Shown: piece after piece, positions 37,757 through 40,734 of the stretch
How positions within the stretch are numbered: position 1 is the stretch's first letter
Layout: each line of letters opens with the position of its first letter
The notes under the pieces: model-generated
The model's database searches: none
Seen by the model: only the letters and a program-made list of their open reading frames with translations
Told to the model about the DNA's origin: nothing
Assembly (NCBI RefSeq): GCF_001194135.2
Contig: NC_068998.1
Coordinates: 22,090,813-22,131,546 of the forward strand
Reading direction: 5' to 3'
DNA: 40,734 nucleotides
DNA from: Octopus bimaculoides
Taxonomy: Eukaryota
Position numbers and translations under genes: made by a program

Positions 37757-39017
37757 CATCAGTCATCCCACAAATAATATCCGAAATATCATATATGTAA
37801 TTTCTATCAAAATTTGCAGTATTCTGAAATGTCAAATTGTATTAATTGATATGAATTTGGAAACCATGAATATAATGAAACTTCTTTTTATAGAATAATC
37901 TGACTGAATTAACTACTAATATGAATCCCTCAAAGTTGGACGTATTGAGGGAGCATTTAAGGTACATAATAATTTCCAAGTTGAAAAAGGGAAACAGTAC
38001 AGGAGAAGCAACCCAGAATTTTCATTCCGTTTATGAGGAAGAGTGCGTAAACGAACGAAGTTGTAGAAAACGGTTTGCAAAATTCAAAGCTGGTGACTTG
38101 AACCTAAGAGAGAGGCTACCAATAGGACAGCCTGTTGAATTTGGTAATGAGTTTCTATTTTCAGACTTTAAGAAGGATAATGCTGTGTCAGTTTAAGAAT
38201 TGGCAGGCAATCTCTATTCAAGCTATTCAGCTGTTCACTGCCACTTTTAACAACTTGGGTAGATACCCGAATTCAGATAATGGGTTCACCATGATTTGAC
38301 AGAAGCCAACCAAAATTAATGAGTGAGCATCTGCTTATCTCATCACTCTCGTGAAGGTATCTCACCATATTTGGACAGATTTAGTGATTAATGATGAAAA
38401 CTGGATTTTTTTAAAGAAAATGTTAAGCGACCCAAGCAATTGCGCTGTGATGGAGAACCTCAACCCAACAAGAACCTCCATGCAAAAATGTTTCTTCTTT
38501 CTGTTTGGTGGGATTGTATTGGAGTCATTCACTTTGACATGCTACCAACTAATGCAACAGCTACAGCTCTCACATATTGCCAACAATTAGAGCATTTCGA
38601 TTCTGTTTTGAATAATAACAAGGCCTGATATAGCGAATCGTAAGGGAGTAGTTTTCCATCATAATAATGCAAAACCCCACACATTAAAAATTACATGAGA
38701 AGACGACGAGGAACTTAGGTAGGAGAAAATCGCTCACTCACCTTATTCTCCGGATCTTGCCACTTCCTGATTACCATTTTTTCGAGGTTTACAGAATCAT
38801 TTAAATGAATTAGTGTTCAAAATCCCACAGGTGGTCGAAATTGTCCTCTCTTCCTTCTCATCAAAACCAAAAGAATTTCTTGCCAATGGAATTAAAAGAA
38901 ATGACGAGTAGATGAAAGGTAGTAATCGATAGCGATGGGAATTATATGCAGGGTTGAATTTTAATAAAATGTAAAATTAGATCACATTTCAGACATTACT
39001 TATGGGATGAACAGATA
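37757..39017 (+). mobile_element. Near full-length mariner (DD34D), transposase pseudogene
   Basis: Left TIR CATCAGTCATCCCACAAATAATATCCGAAATAT; right TIR in reverse complement TATCTGTTCATCCCATAAGTAATGTCTGAAATGT; length about 1.26 kb. Translation: EHLRYIIISKLKKGNSTGEATQNFHSVY..ERSCRKRFAKFKAGDLNL, WVHHDL, DENWIF, KMFLLSVWWDCIGVIHFDML, FHHNNAKPH, PYSPDLA. Confidence 0.92.
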
Positions 39018-39611
39018 ATTACTAAAACTCTTGAATTATGGAGTCCTTTGTAGAACTACCTAAAATAGGAACATAGCATTAGAAATTCATATTGATTTCA
39101 AACATCTTATACATGACTGAAATTTGTTTTCATACACTACCTATAAATTGAATATATTACATCTGCTGGAAAGATATAATCGTACTGTATAAATCAAAAT
39201 GCAGAAGTATACGTAAAATCAGCTGCATTGAAGAAAATTTGATATGAGAAGAAATATTTATACAAATACTGTATGTGCTACCATTATATGCAAAGCACAC
39301 AAGCTTCAAATACCAATCCAGTAAAATACTGAAACCTTCATATTTTGGAATTCATGGAAAATATGTTACCATCAGATATATAGATAGATATAGATACGAC
39401 ATTTGAATTTAATTTCCGCAGTTTACATTACTGAAAATATCATTTGCCGATTCTTCATGGGTATAAGTTTAGTAAAATGTGGCAATTCACCTAACAATTA
39501 AACCAGCAATAATTCTAGTGAAACTTAATGAATGCTGAATGGTGAGCGAGAGATAGGAATATGAGGGAAAGGATAACAAATAAATGATGTATTTTAAAAT
39601 TCATACGATCA

Positions 39612-39631
39612 TACATACACACACACCACAA

Positions 39632-39675
<44 letters not shown>

Positions 39676-40246
39676 NNNNNNNNNNNNNNNNNNNNNNNNN
39701 NNNNNNNNNNNNNNNNNNNNNNNNNNNNNNNNNNNNNNNNNNNNNNNNNNNNNNNNNNNNNNNNNNNNNNNNNNNNNNNNNNNNNNNNNNNNNNNNNNNN
39801 NNNNNNNNNNNNNNNNNNNNNNNNNNNNNNNNNNNNNNNNNNNNNNNNNNNNNNNNNNNNNNNNNNNNNNNNNNNNNNNNNNNNNNNNNNNNNNNNNNNN
39901 NNNNNNNNNNNNNNNNNNNNNNNNNNNNNNNNNNNNNNNNNNNNNNNNNNNNNNNNNNNNNNNNNNNNNNNNNNNNNNNNNNNNNNNNNNNNNNNNNNNN
40001 NNNNNNNNNNNNNNNNNNNNNNNNNNNNNNNNNNNNNNNNNNNNNNNNNNNNNNNNNNNNNNNNNNNNNNNNNNNNNNNNNNNNNNNNNNNNNNNNNNNN
40101 NNNNNNNNNNNNNNNNNNNNNNNNNNNNNNNNNNNNNNNNNNNNNNNNNNNNNNNNNNNNNNNNNNNNNNNNNNNNNNNNNNNNNNNNNNNNNNNNNNNN
40201 NNNNNNNNNNNNNNNNNNNNNNNNNNNNNNNNNNNNNNNNNNNNNN

Positions 40247-40328
<82 letters not shown>

Positions 40329-40683
40329 ATATATATATACATGTATGTATATATATATACATCTAAACATATATGATGTATGTGTGTATATACGTGTGTG
40401 TGTGCTGAGTAACATGAAAATATATCAAAGAATATCCGGTAGAAGTGTATGGATTTCTACTCCAAAATGACTAATCAATAAATGTAATATCGAACATCAA
40501 GGAAGATATGTCGTTTACGTATTCAATAGGCGTTACTGGGATGGTATTACTCATTTATTAACTTCGAAATAAATCATAACATATTCTCTCTGTCTCTCCC
40601 GATATATTTACATACATACACACACCACACTCATATATATATATACGTATATGGACGAGGGCATACAAACATACATAGCGTAC

Positions 40684-40734
<51 letters not shown>
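39612..40734. repeat. (CA)/(TA)/(AG)n microsatellite cluster around the large N-gap at 39676-40246
   Basis: Read directly. Other N-gaps: 25017-25348, 29642-29837, 35035-35265, 36904-37180, 18592-18601, 18770-18779. Confidence 0.9.

Noticed and set aside
24834-40415. Long ORFs containing X runs (24834-25618, 29581-30080, 34874-35377, 36814-37259, 39515-40415)
   Set aside because: They are open only because they cross N-gaps and (AT)n tracts.

Overview
AT-rich eukaryotic (animal) genomic DNA, rich in microsatellites, with nine N-gaps that mostly abut (AT)n/(CA)n tracts. No intact host protein-coding gene could be supported. The microsatellite load and SINE families suggest an octopus/coleoid cephalopod genome (inference). 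Every recognisable coding signal is a decayed transposon. These are: an RTE-like LINE fragment; four pieces of R4/Dong-clade non-LTR retrotransposons (RT, CCHC knuckle, PD-(D/E)xK restriction-like endonuclease), most ending in (AAT)n; two CR1/L2-like LINE fragments; a Penelope-like RT; two near full-length mariners with TIRs; other mariner, maT (DD37D) and pogo derivatives; and about nine tRNA-derived SINEs from three families. The most unusual structures are: (i) a 259-bp palindrome of two divergent tRNA-Thr(CGT)-like units, each with its own T5 terminator (25761-26019); (ii) an R4 copy that appears inverted between TAA tracts, head-to-head with a second copy (1140-3656); (iii) a nested R4/SINE/R4 stack (17879-21300); and (iv) a mariner whose catalytic domain is replaced by an inverted copy of its own 5' end (8501-9098). 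All protein assignments come from by-eye translation and motif recognition; no database search was run.
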